A stretch of DNA of 64,000 bases, from NCBI RefSeq assembly GCF_009914755.1, contig NC_060927.1. One strand, given 5' to 3'. This stretch comes from the human T2T-CHM13v2.0 reference genome, Homo sapiens. The translations under genes were made by a program, and so were the position numbers. Every line of letters begins with the position of its first letter. Within the stretch, counting starts at the first letter, position 1. This document shows, one piece after another, positions 34,890 to 49,050 of the stretch. Below the pieces are notes generated by a model. The model had not been told where the DNA came from. It made no database searches and saw only the letters and a list, made by a program, of their open reading frames with translations.

Positions 34890-35135
34890 TAATAAAAATC
34901 ATAGCCATTTCCAGTCTATTATGTGCCTGGTGCTGTACTGGGGGACTATACATATATGTGAATCTAAATAAAATCACTAAATATATATAAAATTTGTTTT
35001 ATTCATTTTCACCAATCACATGAGTTTGTACAGGTGGCATTATTTTTCCTTTTTAAAGATAAGGAAACTCAGGCTCAGAGAAGTTAAGTGACTTGCTGAA
35101 ATCACGCTGTCAGGTAAATGTTAGAGTGCAGTTCA
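34890..35135 (-). mobile_element. MIR
   Basis: agataaggaaactcaggctcagagaagttaagtgacttgc. Confidence 0.8.
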
Positions 35136-35160
35136 CATAGATGGGCATTACTCGTTCTGA

Positions 35161-35389
35161 TCGCTGGTTCTCAACTGAGGGTGATCTTACCCCTCTTACT
35201 CTTCAGAAGCTTGTTAACAATGTCCAGAGACATTTTTTGGTTGTCTTAATGGGAGATTATAGGTTGCTGTGACATCTAGTGGGTAGAGGCCAAGGATGCA
35301 GCCAAACGTCCTACAATATACAGGATAGCCCCACACCAAAGAATTATCTGGCTCAAAATGTCAATAATGTTGAAGTTGAGAAATCCTAG
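35161..35389 (+). mobile_element. MER20 hAT-Charlie MITE
   Basis: ggttctcaactgagggtgat...catctagtgggtagaggccaaggatgcagccaaac...gaattatctggctcaaaatgtcaataatg...gttgagaaatcct. Confidence 0.88.
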
Positions 35390-35868
35390 TTCAAAAGGCA
35401 GAAGACCTCAGTTTTAGTTTCTATTCTGCATCTAGCTCAGAATGTATCCCTGGAAAAATTATTTCCTTTCTGTGATGCTGAGTTTTTTCATGTGTAAAAC
35501 AAAGGGCCAGACTGTTTTACTGGATGATCTCTAAGGTATTTCTGGCTTTGTTATCCTGTGGATCCTGGGCAATTAGAATTTTATTTGTGGCTCTTGAAGT
35601 GGTCTTGAAAGTCCTCATGAATTGTACCAGTGTTTCAAGCAAAAGCAATGGAAAGGTTTTAGAAGGCATCAATAAATACATATAGACACTTCACATATTC
35701 TGCAATAGGAAAAATGTCTTTATATCATACTGTATCTGGGCCATAGTGGATGGTTGCTCTTAAATTTTATCTTCTTACTGTAATTAAGTTGCCCATTCTG
35801 AACCAGACAATGACTGTGTCCACAGTCCAGCTGCATACTTCATGTTGTGTTGGTGCCTTTGGGGCACC

Positions 35869-36166
35869 TGTATGAGTTTTGTCTTGCAGTGTAACAAAGC
35901 ATCACACATTTAGTGGCTTAAAATAATACCCATTTGTTATCTCACAATTTTTGTGCATAGGAGACTGGGCACAGCGTGACTGGGCCCTCTGTTCACAGTC
36001 TCACCCAGCTGAAAGAAAGGCTTTGGCTGGGCTGCACTCTCCTCTGGAGCTCAGGGTCCTCTGCCAGGCTCACCAGCTGTTGGCAGAATTCAGTTCTTTA
36101 TTGTCCTAGGGTAAGGTCCCGGCTTTGTTGCTGGCTGTCAGCTGGGGGATGTTCTCAGCTCCTAAA
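35869..36166 (-). mobile_element. MLT1E-like LTR fragment
   Basis: tgtaacaaagcatcacacatttagtggcttaaaa...gttggcagaattcagttc...ctggctgtcagctggggg. Confidence 0.75.
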
Positions 36167-36230
36167 AGGTTTTGGAAAGATAACAGCAGGTAGTACACAT
36201 ATGCCAAGCACTTTATTTAATCCTGTAAAG

Positions 36231-36436
36231 AAGGGGTCAGCAAACTTTTTCGTAGTGGATCTAATAGTAAGTATTTTAGGCTTTGCAGGTCAACAGGTGA
36301 CGTTTAGGCCATTATGTAGGTACTTAATCTAACCATTTAAAATGTAACCATTTAAAAATGTAAAAACCATTCTTAGTCTGCAGGCTCTAAAACAGTGGCT
36401 GAATTTAGCCTGTGGGTTGTGGCCTGCAATTCCCTG
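36231..36436 (+). mobile_element. MER58-like hAT-Charlie MITE inserted in a MIR
   Basis: aggggtcagcaaacttttt...atagtaagtattttaggctttgcagg...aaaaaccattcttag...ccctg. Confidence 0.75.
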
Positions 36437-36924
36437 TTCTGAATAATCCCAGGAGGTTAACGTAGGTATGGATGAAATTATATCCCACTTTGAATGAAAT
36501 CAACTGAGAGACAGGGCCTCTAGTTTACCTGCCTGGCTCTCAGCATCTAGGGAGGTCTGATTCTAATTCCCAGGTAGGATTCTCCAAGGCCCGGATGACA
36601 GCCCCTGTGTGGGGAAATTATTTTCTCATATTCCATGGAGATTCTAACTCTGAGCCTTTCTCTCAAGTCCTCAAGAAAGTGTCAGGGCCAGAAGATGGAA
36701 AATCAGTCTAGTCTCGGGCCTATCTTTCCATGTGTGAGTTTCCTTATCTTGTAAGTACGCAGAATATTGCATCAGACTTTTTCTCCCACTTTGGGCAAAG
36801 AACACTGGCTGATGAGGGTGGCTGGGAGCAGCTAGGGCTCTTTTGAGGGGGAAATGAGAAGAAACTATGGTGAATATGTAGGCTTTCTTCATCAGAATAA
36901 CCCTTTATCTCATCATTGATTTCC

Positions 36925-37380
36925 TTTCCTGACCATCAGAATCACCTGAGGAGCTTTCTAAACACATTCTTGGGCTTCACCCCTTAAAAAAAATTAATTT
37001 AGTATGTCTGGAGTAGACCTGGTCAGAATTGGTTTGAAACCTAGTAGGCATTTCTGATACAGGGCCAAATTTGGAAGCCACTCAAGAGGTGGGTGTTTCC
37101 CAGAAAAATCCTCTCTGGTGGTAAGAATCATCAGGGGTGCTTATCAAACTAGGAGCCGCCCAGGCCCCTGCCCACCTGGTTATTGTCATCAAGGATGGTT
37201 GGGATATACTGCACATTTTTTTCTTTCAATCTCTTTCTACCCCAGATTTTCCACACTTGACTGATACAGCTGGCCTTCCCAGAAATGAGGCCAGTGGGCC
37301 TGGGGTGAGTTCTGGGTAGCTATACAGCTAATAAGCACCCCAGTTGAATCTGATGTTCTCCAAAGTGTGGGAACCACTGG
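36925..37380. mobile_element. Two adjacent MER5/MER117-like hAT-Charlie MITEs
   Basis: catcagaatcacctgaggagcttt...; taagaatcatcaggggtgcttatc...caaagtgtgggaaccactg. Confidence 0.55.
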
Positions 37381-37820
37381 GAGGAACAAACTGAGTAAGT
37401 GCCCCTGGCCATCAGGTGGACTCAGAGTTGGCTGCTAGTAAACACTTAATTAGACTTTAATGACATTTAATCCAAGCCAAACAGTGTATGTTTGAAATTG
37501 CAAAGGTCTTTTAAATTTAGTGGCACTGAACCCAAACACTATGCACAAACACAGTTCAGATTCTGACTAGAGGGCATTATTTATGCCAGGATTAAAAGCA
37601 GCTGGTGGCTCGCTGGGTACCTCCTACAAGGCCTTTAGTCCAGGCATGAAGGCAGTTCAGATTTAAGAGTCTGTATTCTACGTCTCCCCTTATATTTCTT
37701 TCCCTGGGAACTTTGTTCTAGGCAGGGGCTGTATGAACCAGTCCCAAGTTTGATCTTGATCAAGGCTATCATGAAAGCCAAGATTTCTTTTCTCCTCAGA
37801 GGCCTTGGTTATGGTATGAT

Positions 37821-37965
37821 GCAGTGGTTTGTACATATTTTAAGATAATTTTTTTGAAATATAATGAAAGATACAGAACTTAGTGCCGTAAAAAATTCTT
37901 GGAGAATTTTACATAAGTTTCAGGGGATTTATGGATCCCCTAAGTCATTTCAGGAACCCCATCTT
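37821..37965 (+). mobile_element. MER103-like hAT-Charlie remnant
   Basis: aattttacataagtttcaggggatttatggatcccctaag. Confidence 0.5.
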
Positions 37966-40401
37966 TAGACTCCACGTAATGACCGCCAAAAAGAGCCTGT
38001 GTTTGAAAACAGAGTCAGTATGCCTGTCAGTCAGCAGTCAACAAGCCATACAAGAAATAACAGTTTATTTCTTAGTCTGTGAAATGGCAATGCTAATAGC
38101 ATGCTCTTTATATCTACAGGATAGTTGTGAAAAAAATATGCCAGGGATGTGAAAGCATCAGGAAGGGTTAATAAGGCTATATTGACACGCACAATCCTGC
38201 TATTAAGTTAAAACTTCTTTTTTTCTTGTCCTAAGGCACTAGAGTTTTTCCTCAATCTCATTAAGACATTGTGTGTATATAATCAAACATTTGAAAGAGC
38301 ATGAAAGACAGAACATTTCTCAATGATCGAATTGAATTTAACACATATTATTGAGTCCCTTGCTGGTCTTTACTCTTGGACACCTCCCCTCCCCCACCTG
38401 CCTCCTCTTTTAAACACCTGCTCTTTCTTTGGGTCTTGGCTCAGGTGTCACCTCCTGTGTTAAGCCTTCCCCAGTACACCCCCTCCCTATCCAAGTTGAC
38501 ACATCACCAAAGGACCTTGATAGCATAACCTTGAAACTGCTTGTTCCCCTAGGAGTCTCCTCTCCCAAAGGGGCATCTTGAAGTCAGGGAGGTTGACCTC
38601 AATCCTAGCACAGAACAGAACTGTCTGTTAAATACAAATCTACATAAATGAGCATAAAGCCCTATACTTGTTGGCTGAGATGAACGTGACAGAGGCCCTG
38701 CCTTCAAAAGTTTTATTCAGAGGAGGAAGGAAGCTGACATGAGAGAGATACAAGAGAGCACTGTGTTGTTTAGAGACTGGTTTGGTGTCCGTTCAACTGG
38801 GGACATCAGGATAGGCTTTCTTGTGGGAGATGATTCTCGAAATAGCCATTGGGAGATGACTAGGTCTCAGGGGCTGCATTAAATAGAGCAGGAAAGCCTG
38901 GAGCAGAGACACAGAGGGGAGAAAAATGGGGCCTTGTCAAGGTAGCAGCTGTGCAGTCACTTTGCCTGGCACACAGGTCTCATGTGTAGGGGAAGTAGGA
39001 GCAACAATGAGAGAAGAGCACTGGGACAAAAATGCAGAGGATGTTCACTGACAGCTGGGATCTGTACTTAATGGAGAGCCAGGAAGGGTTAGAATGGCAT
39101 GATTGGAATAGAGGCATGGGGAATCAAAGTGTCATACCTTAGCCACTGAGAGACTAACTCTCAATGTTCTACAACTTCTATAACTTCCAGTGGTGCAAAA
39201 TACTAATTATTTATTTTAAAAATATTTATTAAGCACCTACTGTGTGCTAAGCTCTGTTCTAGAAACTTAGAATATATCAGTAAGCCAAAAAGTGTTCTCT
39301 GCCTTGGTGAAGCTTACATCACAGCTGAGGTAGAAGTGGAACACGGACAATAAATAACAGACATAGCAAATTATATGCACGCACACACACATGTATATGT
39401 GTGTGTGTATGTGTGTGTGTGTATATATAATGATATATAATAAGTTAGATACAAAATGAGGAAAAAAAACCTGAAAACACAGAAGAGGAGGAAAGGGAAG
39501 ATTTAGTGTCAGGGTTTGCTTGACTGTGAAGATGATATTGAGCAAAGTTTCGAAGGAAATGAGGGGATGCACCCTGTGCTATCTGGCTCTGATGTTTTCA
39601 GCAGAGGCAACTGCCATTGCAAAGGTCTGGCTATTTAGGGAAAGCCTGGAGGTCAGGCAGTATTAGAGGTGGGCGGATCAAGCAGGGCTGTGGGCCATGG
39701 TCAGAACATAGGCTTTTCCTTTGTGAAATGGGAGCTACAGCAGGGGTTTGAGCAGAAGAGTAATGTGATCTGACTTACATTGTGATAGGGCCTCTCTGCT
39801 CCTATATTGAGAAGAGGTTACAGGGCTCAAGAGCAGTGTCAGGGAGACCACTTAGTAGGCCACTGCAGTAACAGCTGAGAGTGCCAGTGGCTTATATCAG
39901 CAGGTGAGAAGTAGTGGGATTGTGGGTGGGTATGTTTGGAAGGCCGAGCTAACAGGATTTCCTGATGTGTTCTATCTGAGGTGTGAGAGAAACAAAGAAG
40001 TCTAAGATGCCTACAAGATTTGGCACCTAAACAACTGGAAGGATGGAGGTGTCATTGCTGAGTTGGAGGAAGGATGCGGGTGGAGTAGGTTGGAGAAGGA
40101 TGACCAGGCATTCACGTTAGAACGTTCTGTCTGCTGTGCCTTATAGCTTCCAAGTGGAGATGTGAAGTAGGCAGTTGGATGCCAAAGCCTGGAGGTTGGG
40201 AGAAAAGTCTGACTGCAGAAATAAATTTAGGACAATTGGTAAACAGCTAGTCTTTTAGGCCACGGGACATTCAGATGTTCAAGAGAAGAGATAGGATGAG
40301 AAAAGGAGATAGAATAAATGGCCAGTGTGTTAGGAGGAAACCAAGAGAGTCAAGTGTCCAGAAGCAAAGTAAAGACAGTATAGAAGGAGCGTGGAAGAGA
40401 C

Positions 40402-40771
40402 TAGTGAGATGCCCACCCAACAGGTCCTTTTTTTCCTGAGCACATAACTAGTCTACATTTCACAGTCTCCCTTGAATTTGGGTCCATCCATGTGACTGAG
40501 TTCTGGACGGTGCAATGTGGGTGGAAGTGATCTATGCCCCCTCCTGGTCTAGCCAGTAAGATCTCCTGCAATCTTTGAGCAGTAGAGGACCCCGTAGCCT
40601 TCAGTAATAGTGGAACCCCAAGGTGGGAGGATCTGGCTCCTGAATGTCTACATGGAGTAGTACCCTCCCCTCCCAAATTGGAATGTGTCGTGGGCAAGAA
40701 ACCTTTATTATTTTAAGCCACTGAGATTTGAAGTTGGTTTTTACAGCCTTAAGTGTACTCTGACAAAGATA
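40402..40771 (+). mobile_element. MLT1J-like LTR
   Basis: ctacatttcacagtctccctt...ccatgtgactgagttctgg...ttaagccactgagatttg. Confidence 0.75.
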
Positions 40772-41046
40772 GGGAGTGATCAAGTGCTGCTGCTAAGTCA
40801 AGTAAGATTAGGACTGAGAAAGGATCATTGCATGTAGCAACCTGGAGGTCATGGGTGACCTTGAAAAGTATAGTTTAGGGGAAAGGTGAACAAAAATCTG
40901 ATTGAACTTGCTCAGTAGAAAATGGGAGGACATTAAAAAGGTGATAGTGAGGCAGGACCCACTCCATTTTTAGGAACATTACTGCAAAGGATAACAAAGA
41001 AATAGGATGTTGGCTGATGAGGGAAGAGGGGTTAAGAGAAAGTGTG

Positions 41047-41048
<2 letters not shown>

Positions 41049-41078
<30 letters not shown>
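41049..41078. repeat. T30 homopolymer
   Basis: Direct reading. Confidence 0.95.
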
Positions 41079-41079
<1 letters not shown>

Positions 41080-41644
41080 GTTTTTAAGATGGGAGAAATA
41101 TGCACATCCTGTGCCATTTGTTGGTAGAAAATGTTAGCTCTTTTCCTGAGACCACGGTGCAATTTGGCGCATGGCCCGTGCCTCTGCCAGTCACCTGGGA
41201 TAGCTATTTGTTTCTGCCTGAATGGCAAATGATATCATTTTGAAAGGCCTCCTGGTGCCTGATAGATTTGTTAGGGAGCCTGACAGCTTTAATGGACTTA
41301 GCTGACAAGACAATGGCTTCTCCTGGCAGTGCTTGTTTTGGAGAGATTCCAGGGATGGTAATGAGCAGTGGTAGGAACAATGACAGAGGAAGAGGAGGGA
41401 GAGGCTGCAAAGATTTTGCTTAAGGTAGAACCTGGAGCATGGTAAGAAAATAACCCGCAAGATTCTGTCTAATTGGCAGATGCCAGAGGAGGAAACAAAG
41501 TTGCTGGAGAAATGTGTCTCTCCAGGGTCTTGGTTAGGAGGAGGCAGCTAGGACCACTCCTTGAGAAGACATCCTCTTGCAGTTAATCTCCCTAGATCTC
41601 TTTCTTTCTGTCCCCCATTTTCAAAGAAAAAGTATCTTTTGGGA

Positions 41645-42105
41645 TACAGTGTGGCATGTTAGACTCAGCTTTGAATTCCTGCTTCACCATTTTCTACCTG
41701 GGTGATCTTGAATAAATCATTTAACTTTTCAAATCTTTAATTTCTCTTTCTGGAAGATGGAAATAATATCTGAAATAGCATATGGCATGTGGAAGGTGTT
41801 CATAAGTGGTAGTTGTTTTTATTTGGGGCCACCCAAAAACATGTTTTGGCCTAGAGAGGCAGGGCAGGGCACTACCCAGAAGCTAAGACTGATGCCAGAC
41901 CTCACGGCTTATCATCTGTCCCTTTCTCTCCAAACTTGCACGAGTTACTCACCCTTTCTCTGTGCCTTGGCTCATCATCTGTAAAGTGAGGTTTATCACA
42001 GTACCTACCCCACATCCTTGAGGGGAGTATTAACAAATGAATACATGTAAAGTACCTAGTATCTGCCACATAATCACTTCTCAGTAAATTAGCTGTTGGA
42101 ATTAT
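41645..42105 (+). mobile_element. Two MIR elements (~41645-41820 and ~41900-42105)
   Basis: ttgaattcctgcttcacc...gtgatcttgaataaatcatttaac; ctctgtgccttggctcatcatctgtaaagtg...atacatgtaaagtaccta. Confidence 0.7.
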
Positions 42106-45100
42106 TTGCATGTGTATGTGTTTGTTTTTGTGTTAATTTGGGAAAAGGCAAATCCTTGGATTAGTTGATTGTAAAAGAAAGGCTTTACTGTCAAGGACAA
42201 AACTTGGGAGTGGCGGTAAGCTCTGGAACTAAAGGTAACAGTGTGATGATCAGCCTGTCACTCCAATATGCCCAAATGTCCCTGCCTGGGGAAACTGGAT
42301 GTGCTGAGGGTAACCTTCTCTCATCTGAAGGGCAACGTGAGCCTTCTTGAGGTCCTTGCCATTGCCTAGGGTCTTATTCCCCTGGTTACTGCCACCACAG
42401 GCAGCTGAACTGCAGTGGAGGTTGTAATTGTCAGGTCTGTCTGTCCCGCTGTCCCCCATTCTGGCTATATGAGGCCACTGGGGAGAGATAGTCAATCCCT
42501 AAGGACAGTACATTGATGGGCCTCATGACACTATTGACTTGCTAATGATTCTTGAGGGGCTCAAATATGAAAGGGAGTTGGGGAATCAGGAGGGGTGAGG
42601 GGAGGTGGGTCAGAGTGGAAGAGGGAGGCTTATGAAAAGAGGGTAGGCATTTTCTGTAAGTTACGGCCCTTGTTCCATCCAGGAAGAGGGAAGACCTATT
42701 ATTTGAATCTTCACGTTGAGGAAATCAAAAGTCAGATAGGTTAAGTAACTTGCCAAAGATCACACAGCATCCAAAGGTGTTTGCTGGGATTTAACTACCA
42801 AATCCTATGGGTTTTATTTCTTTATCATTATACCTACGTGTGGTTCAACTGAATTCAAATGCGTATTGAGCTCTCATGGAGTCCTTAGTGACACAAGGGA
42901 GACATAGATGCCACAGAGGCAGAAGGTGTGATATCTGCCTATAGGGCATGCACAGTGTAGATAAGAAGACAAAACAGATGTGCCTGAAGCACCTGAACAT
43001 GGGATAAATATTTAAGGATTAAGTTAGTCACACCTTGAAGTAGGAGTTTAGAGGAAGACAATTTCCAGGTGCTACATGGTTCACAAAAGGTGGGAATATG
43101 GGAGGGAGATTAAACTGAGGCTGGAGAGCAGAAAAAATTAGGAAAGCCACAGAGGAGGTAAGGAGGATTGAGGATTGGGTACAGTTGTTGTTTGGACCTG
43201 ACCCGCCCCCCACCCACACACACACACAGCCACCTGCTATGCATGTTCACAATTACAGGTCTTGTATAGTTAATGAGCTCATCAGTCAAAACACCACTTT
43301 CCACCACTCTATGATGATTGAGCCCCTACTGTGTGCAAGCACCATGTCACCAAAGGGCGATAAGGCAGGGTTGCTGCCCTAAGGAGCTTTTACTCCCTGA
43401 TCAAGGCAGACAGCCATGACTCATGAAGCTCCAGACCAGCAGTCCCCACCGGTCAGTCCCTGGCTGCTACACAGGGTGGATGGAGCGCCTGTGTGCACTC
43501 ACAGGTGCATGCACTGTGCCCCTGAGGGCTGGGAGCTCCATCTTCTCTATTCCCAAAAAGCACAGGAGCTCTCTACACTAGAAAGCACAGGAGTGAGGGA
43601 TTTTATTAAAGATATAAACTTGAATCCACTCATTAAAAAAAGAAAGGAAAATCATTCACAAACTTCAGAACATTTGCTTTAATAAGTAACAAATTGCTGC
43701 CTGTAGAAGTACTGCTGCTGAGATCTAGAGCTGTAAACAACTCCCAATTAGTCTGTTCATGAAGTTGGGAGGGTGTATTATCTGGCACTGGAGTCAAGGG
43801 AGTTAAGAGAGGCAGGATGCAGCCCAGAGGGAGAGCTTCTCCTTCTCCAGAGTGCAGACCTGGTCTCAGCAGGAGGCAGAGGCATGGAGAGACACATCTC
43901 CTATAGATTGGGCTAGCCCTGCAGAGCTCCTCAGCTCAACCTCCCCTAGCTTGAGGGCAGAGGCCAAGCCAGAGGCTAAGGAAGAGTGGCAGGGCAGAGA
44001 TTTGGCAAAGTGGCCCTAAAGGAACCTATCAAGGAATCACAGCCCCAGCCAGCAGGAAATGAGCTTGAAGTGCTTCAGGCTGGCTCTGGCTTCTTAATAC
44101 CCATCGGCTCTTATCAAATATGAGGACACCTGACACGTGAAAACCAAACACTGGGCTCTTATCTTCCAGACCTAAATTAGCTCCCCAAAGCAACTCTTTA
44201 GGGCTTCCTCTTTTAAATAATGAAGTATCTGATAAATGTGCTGCCAAATGGATTTGAAGCAGCCGAGGAGAGAGGCTGAGACTAGGTTTAAAATCTCCCA
44301 GCAAAGCTTCCCACAAACTCTCCCAGGAGACATTTGTACTTGCCCTGTTAGAATCTCTGGGTAGAGAGAGTCTGATGGGCCTTTTTCTCTTTTGAGTGTG
44401 CTTGAAGTGCTGTCCAGGGTCCTTACAGAAAATGCCCAGTAGCCAATAGACATCTGGTGGGCAGATGCAGAACCTACAGCGCAGCTCTGGCCACCTGCCT
44501 GAGCTGGGAATTCCTATTCCCATGAGGGATCAGAACTTGCCCTGGCCTGAGTGGTACATTCAGCATTTGGTATTGGTTCCCTCTTTTTCCTGTAGTCCTC
44601 CTTTTGACCCATCCAGGTGCTTACTGTATACCCAGAGCCTATGGGGATGTCAGGAAGATTCTGACTCCTTTCTTCACATCTTCCCTAACTTCCTACTTCT
44701 CCATCAGAGCCAACCTATCACATGTCCCATTTCCAGCTTCTGGGGTGTTTGCATTTTACCTAATAAGCTAACAACAAAGAGAAGTGCTTTGAGAGTAGGC
44801 CCATGAAGTCGTTCTGAGAATGTTTGTATGCTACAGTGAGGTAGTGTCCCAGAATCATTATGTATGCCTTAGTAAGAAACTTCACCTCTCTAAATGCCAA
44901 TTCATTAATTTTTAAGAGAAAGGAGTTGGTCTAAAGATTCACCATTCCCATCTTACCATTATATTTTCTGTCTTAATGGCATAATTTCAGACATCAGAGA
45001 AAACTTTGTGACCTTTAATTCAGGCTACACTCAACTTACCCTTTTGTCTTTCAGTGTCTTTAAATGGGGATAGAAGTAATAATGCTTTCCTCAGGAACTT

Positions 45101-45249
45101 GTTTTAAAAATTAAATAAGATGACATTTGTGAACATGCTTCACAAATTCAAAAGTTCAAAACACCTGTGAGGATTTATGTTCATGGTGGTTTTTAAAATA
45201 ATCATGACCAGCTGAGAACAGGGTAAATAGAATATCCTGTGCCTATTGA

Positions 45250-46100
45250 AAATCCTCCTGTGTACATCTTGATGCACTTGTTTGATTGTTGCATAGGGTA
45301 AATACCTAGGATTCGAATTGCTGGGTCAAGTGTATACATCGTTAGTATTATTGCTACCCAGTGCAGAACTGGTTCTGAAAAAAAACTGGCTTACCAGCAG
45401 TTAAGAAGGCACCTGCTTCTCTTTGCTGTTTTGCCAGTTTGACAAGCAAAGTTGCTGCCACATTTTATTTTGCATTTTGTTGGTTATGGGGTGTGTGAGT
45501 TTCTTGTTTTGTAAGTTTAATATTCATATATATTTATAATTATAGTAATTATTGCTTCCCTATTAAAATGCAAAAATGTCTCTCTCTAACTTCTTTTTAA
45601 TAGTAACCCATTGTCTGCCAGATTTTTTGCAAAAATATTTCTATTTTGTGCTTTTAAATTTTGATTGGGTTTAGGATATAAATTTTAAACTGTATTTGTC
45701 TAATCCATTCATGTTTTATCATTTTTTTCATTACTTTTTCTTCTAAGCAAAAACAAAGGTTCTCCAACCAAAACTCCAAACAATGCTAATATAGTTATTT
45801 CCAAGGTTATACATGGCTCATTTTCAAGGTAACTCTTTATTGAAATTTGTTTTGATGTACGATTGGAGGCTCAAACCTAATTTCTTTTTAATAGAAACAG
45901 TTTACTGCCTCAGAAATATTTATTAATCCTCAATAAATTTAGCTGACTGTATTTAGGAGAATAGACTTCACTAACTTTATCTCTTTTATGAAATACAATA
46001 AGATCTTTTAATCTTACAGTTATGATTAATTTTTTGTTTATTTTAGGCAAGGGGAATTTACTGTATCTTTGTTTACTGATTTCATTCTTTACAAATCCAG
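45250..46100 (-). mobile_element. Highly diverged L1ME fragment(s)
   Basis: agggtaaatacctaggattcgaattgctgggtcaa followed by T-rich L1-like sequence. Confidence 0.5.
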
Positions 46101-46653
46101 ATGATGCTTAGGATGTCTGTTCTCAGTGCATGATGTGTTCTGACATTATTATTCATTACTTTGGTATTTTCCTGCCTTCTTATACATCTTCTCATTTTAT
46201 TTTTTGCATCCCTGACTCAGTTTTCCAGTGTTCATTCAGCACCTGTGCACCACCAATGCAAATTTTAATTCTAAGGTTGCATTTTGGGATTCTGTCCCAA
46301 TCCTTTTTATTTTACTCATCTTTTTTAGTTCATTCTCTGGGTTTTTCTTGTTATTTGTTGTTTTTAATGCAGTTCTGCCACATAAAGGCCGTGTGACTTG
46401 TTCTCTGTACTCAGGGGGTAGTTGGGAGAATAAAGGGAGTCAGTACTTACATGCTGCTGTAACCATGCCTGACACATAGGAAGAGCTCAGTAAATGTTAT
46501 TCATGCCTCCACCCCACCGCCACCTTCACTGTCTGGCTATTTCACAGTCTGAAAAGATACAGTGTATATAGAAAGTGGCAATTCCCAGTGTGTAGTAACC
46601 CCAAGTGTCCTCACATCTTTACTACCATTGCAGCACCTTTCTATAAGAACAAT

Positions 46654-46746
46654 TTATTTATGGAAAAAAAATCACTCCCATTCTGTCTACTCCACTCATC
46701 TTGCTCTCAGATTTTTTAAACCTGGGGACTCCAAGAATCAAAATCT
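46654..46746 (+). repeat. Copy A of a ~90-bp local dispersed duplication
   Basis: About 90% identical by eye to 49051-49141. Confidence 0.92.
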
Positions 46747-48982
46747 ATGATGTATGCATTATGATTGTCAGCAGGAGTTGGGGAGAGAACTGGAGAGGAT
46801 GCAGCGAGCAGCACTCTGGCCACTGGAACTAGGCTCCCTTCAATAGAAAAGAGAGCTCAGTATTTGGGTAGGCATTGACTTTGCATCTCTGGATCCAGGG
46901 AAGACAAGGAATGAATGGACTCTGATCCCTTATGCTTTCAGGACAGTGGGTTCTCTTTCTTTCAGCTGTGTAGCTTTGGTGGCCATAGAGGGATTTTTAT
47001 TTTTTAAAAAATTTCCATTTCATTGGTGCGAGATAGCTGCGAGATAGCACTCTCCTCTCAATTCTGGAAGTAGGTTAACTGCTGGGGACAGACTTTGGTG
47101 CTTTGGGGAGTGAAGGTTCATCCTATAGCTTTATACATACTTGCATGGGGTGCTGAGGGAAGCTGTGTTAGCTGCTGCTAGTCAGGAGCTTTTTAAGGCT
47201 CTGTTGAAGCCCAGCACTGTCCGTACTGCTGCCTGAACCTACAGTTCCCTGGGCTAAGGATGCAGAGGACACTGATACTCAGTGTCGAAAAGTTACACCC
47301 CCCTGTACACCACTCACTCCCTTGGGCTAGAAACTGGAGAGGACAAGTAACATAAAGGGGCTGGCATGATGAAAGGGAGTGAATTCAGTTCAGGTGGTGA
47401 CAGAAGAGGGCTTTTCAGTGGTTCAATTCTGAAGTGAGTTGGAGCCTCAACCTAGTTCTCACTGCAAGCTTAGATTTCAAGGACTTTTCTAAGGACTTAC
47501 AGGGCTGCAAATTAGAGGCCATTCAGGTGCTCATACATTCACTCCCTTGCTCATATTTATTGGGCTCCTGCCATGTACTAAATGCTGAGGTTACAGTGTT
47601 GGACCAGACAGAAGCTTCCCTGTCTCCTCTGAGAAAAACTACTCTTCATTCTATCATTCCATGACCTATGTTGTCACCCACATTTATTAAGAGACTTCTG
47701 TGCATCATGTCATCTGTGTGATGACTCTGGGAGGTTGCTGCTGTTGTCTTTACTTCACAAATAAGGAATCGAGGCACAAAGAACTCGCTGTTTGTGTTAG
47801 GGAAGGGCCAGAATCTTACCTTCAGTTTGCCTGACTCTAAAACCCTTAGCTTATGCTTACTAAAACCAATTCTCACATCCCATGAATGATCATATTATGT
47901 TTGCAAGGATGTAACTCATGAAGCAGAGACACAGTGTTCAACTTGATAGAAGCAGCAGTAGCCGAGGCAGGCTGTACATCTGGATGCTAAGAAACATCTG
48001 GAAGCAGTACACACTTTTAGGCAGGTGTTTGTCACCAATGAGCTATTCAACCCACATGATACACACCCTGCAGGAGAAAGACATTCCCAGCTGAGGTACA
48101 GACTTCTCAAATTTGAGAGCAATTTTTGGTTTTCTCGTGTTATACTGAGGGAATGTATATACCTTCCTGAGCTAAGGTCACAGATGCTTAAGGAAACATC
48201 AAGCTGCTTCTCTCTTGGTTGGATATTTTATCGCAGTGAATCCACACTGTGTCTGGACCAGTCTTCGCACCATCCCTGAGAGAGAATGCTACTTTCCTGG
48301 GTATTTCATCTTGGGTAGATCTTGGTGGACCCTGTTCATGCAGTGGGTTTGAAGGAGGAGGAGGGTCATTATAGAAACCTACAGAATGAACGTAATTATA
48401 ACTCTTGAGGTGGGATTTGGATCAGGAAGACGGTAGTAACAAGCACCTAAATAGCTATGAATCTGAGGATAACTCAGCATTTCCTCAGCATCCTAGGAAG
48501 CTTTGGGTCTTCGATTCATAGTTCCCCCTCTTCACCAGCAAGTATTCCATCAACAGTGCACAGAGAATTCTGCTTACTATATAATTGTGAATATGATTTT
48601 AAAGAAAGATTTTGTAGGCTTGGGGTCGGTATGTGTGGTGGGAGAAGGTGTCTCATCCCTTAGACAGACAGAGCCTAGCTCTTTGGAGGGTCAATATGGT
48701 GAAATGGAAGCTCTGGACTGGCTGTCAGGAGAGTGGAGACCTGTGCTCCCATCTCTGTGCTCAGTAGCAGAGTGGCCCTGACAGATCATTCCCCTTCCTG
48801 GCCTCAGTTTCCTCCTTATAAAATAAGATCTTCAGATTGTATAATTTTAAAGGAACTTCCAAGCTCTATTATTTAAGATTCATTCCAGGGTGAATGGTTG
48901 GCAGGGATGAGTAATCAGTTCTCAATTCTCCATGACCAGTAGACATAAGGAGAGGCCTAAACCACCTGATATATGCTTGGTA

Positions 48983-48985
<3 letters not shown>

Positions 48986-49039
<54 letters not shown>

Positions 49040-49050
49040 ATATATATATA
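48986..49050. repeat. (CA)25-G-(TA)7 microsatellite
   Basis: Direct reading. Confidence 0.95.

Larger units (their letters stand above)
38330..41100 (-). mobile_element. Cluster of L2 fragments, including a long L2a (39205-41100) split by MLT1J
   Basis: aatatttattaagcacctactgtgtgc...gcagaagagtaatgtgatctgactta...ccaagtggagatgtgaagtaggcagttggat...ggaggtcatgggtgaccttg. Confidence 0.8.

Noticed and set aside
43485-43508. Small hairpin gcgcctgtg-tgcact-cacaggtgc
   Set aside because: A 9-bp imperfect stem is expected by chance
44029-44806. 164-aa (-) and 113-aa (+) ORFs
   Set aside because: No homology recognised and no coding-like composition
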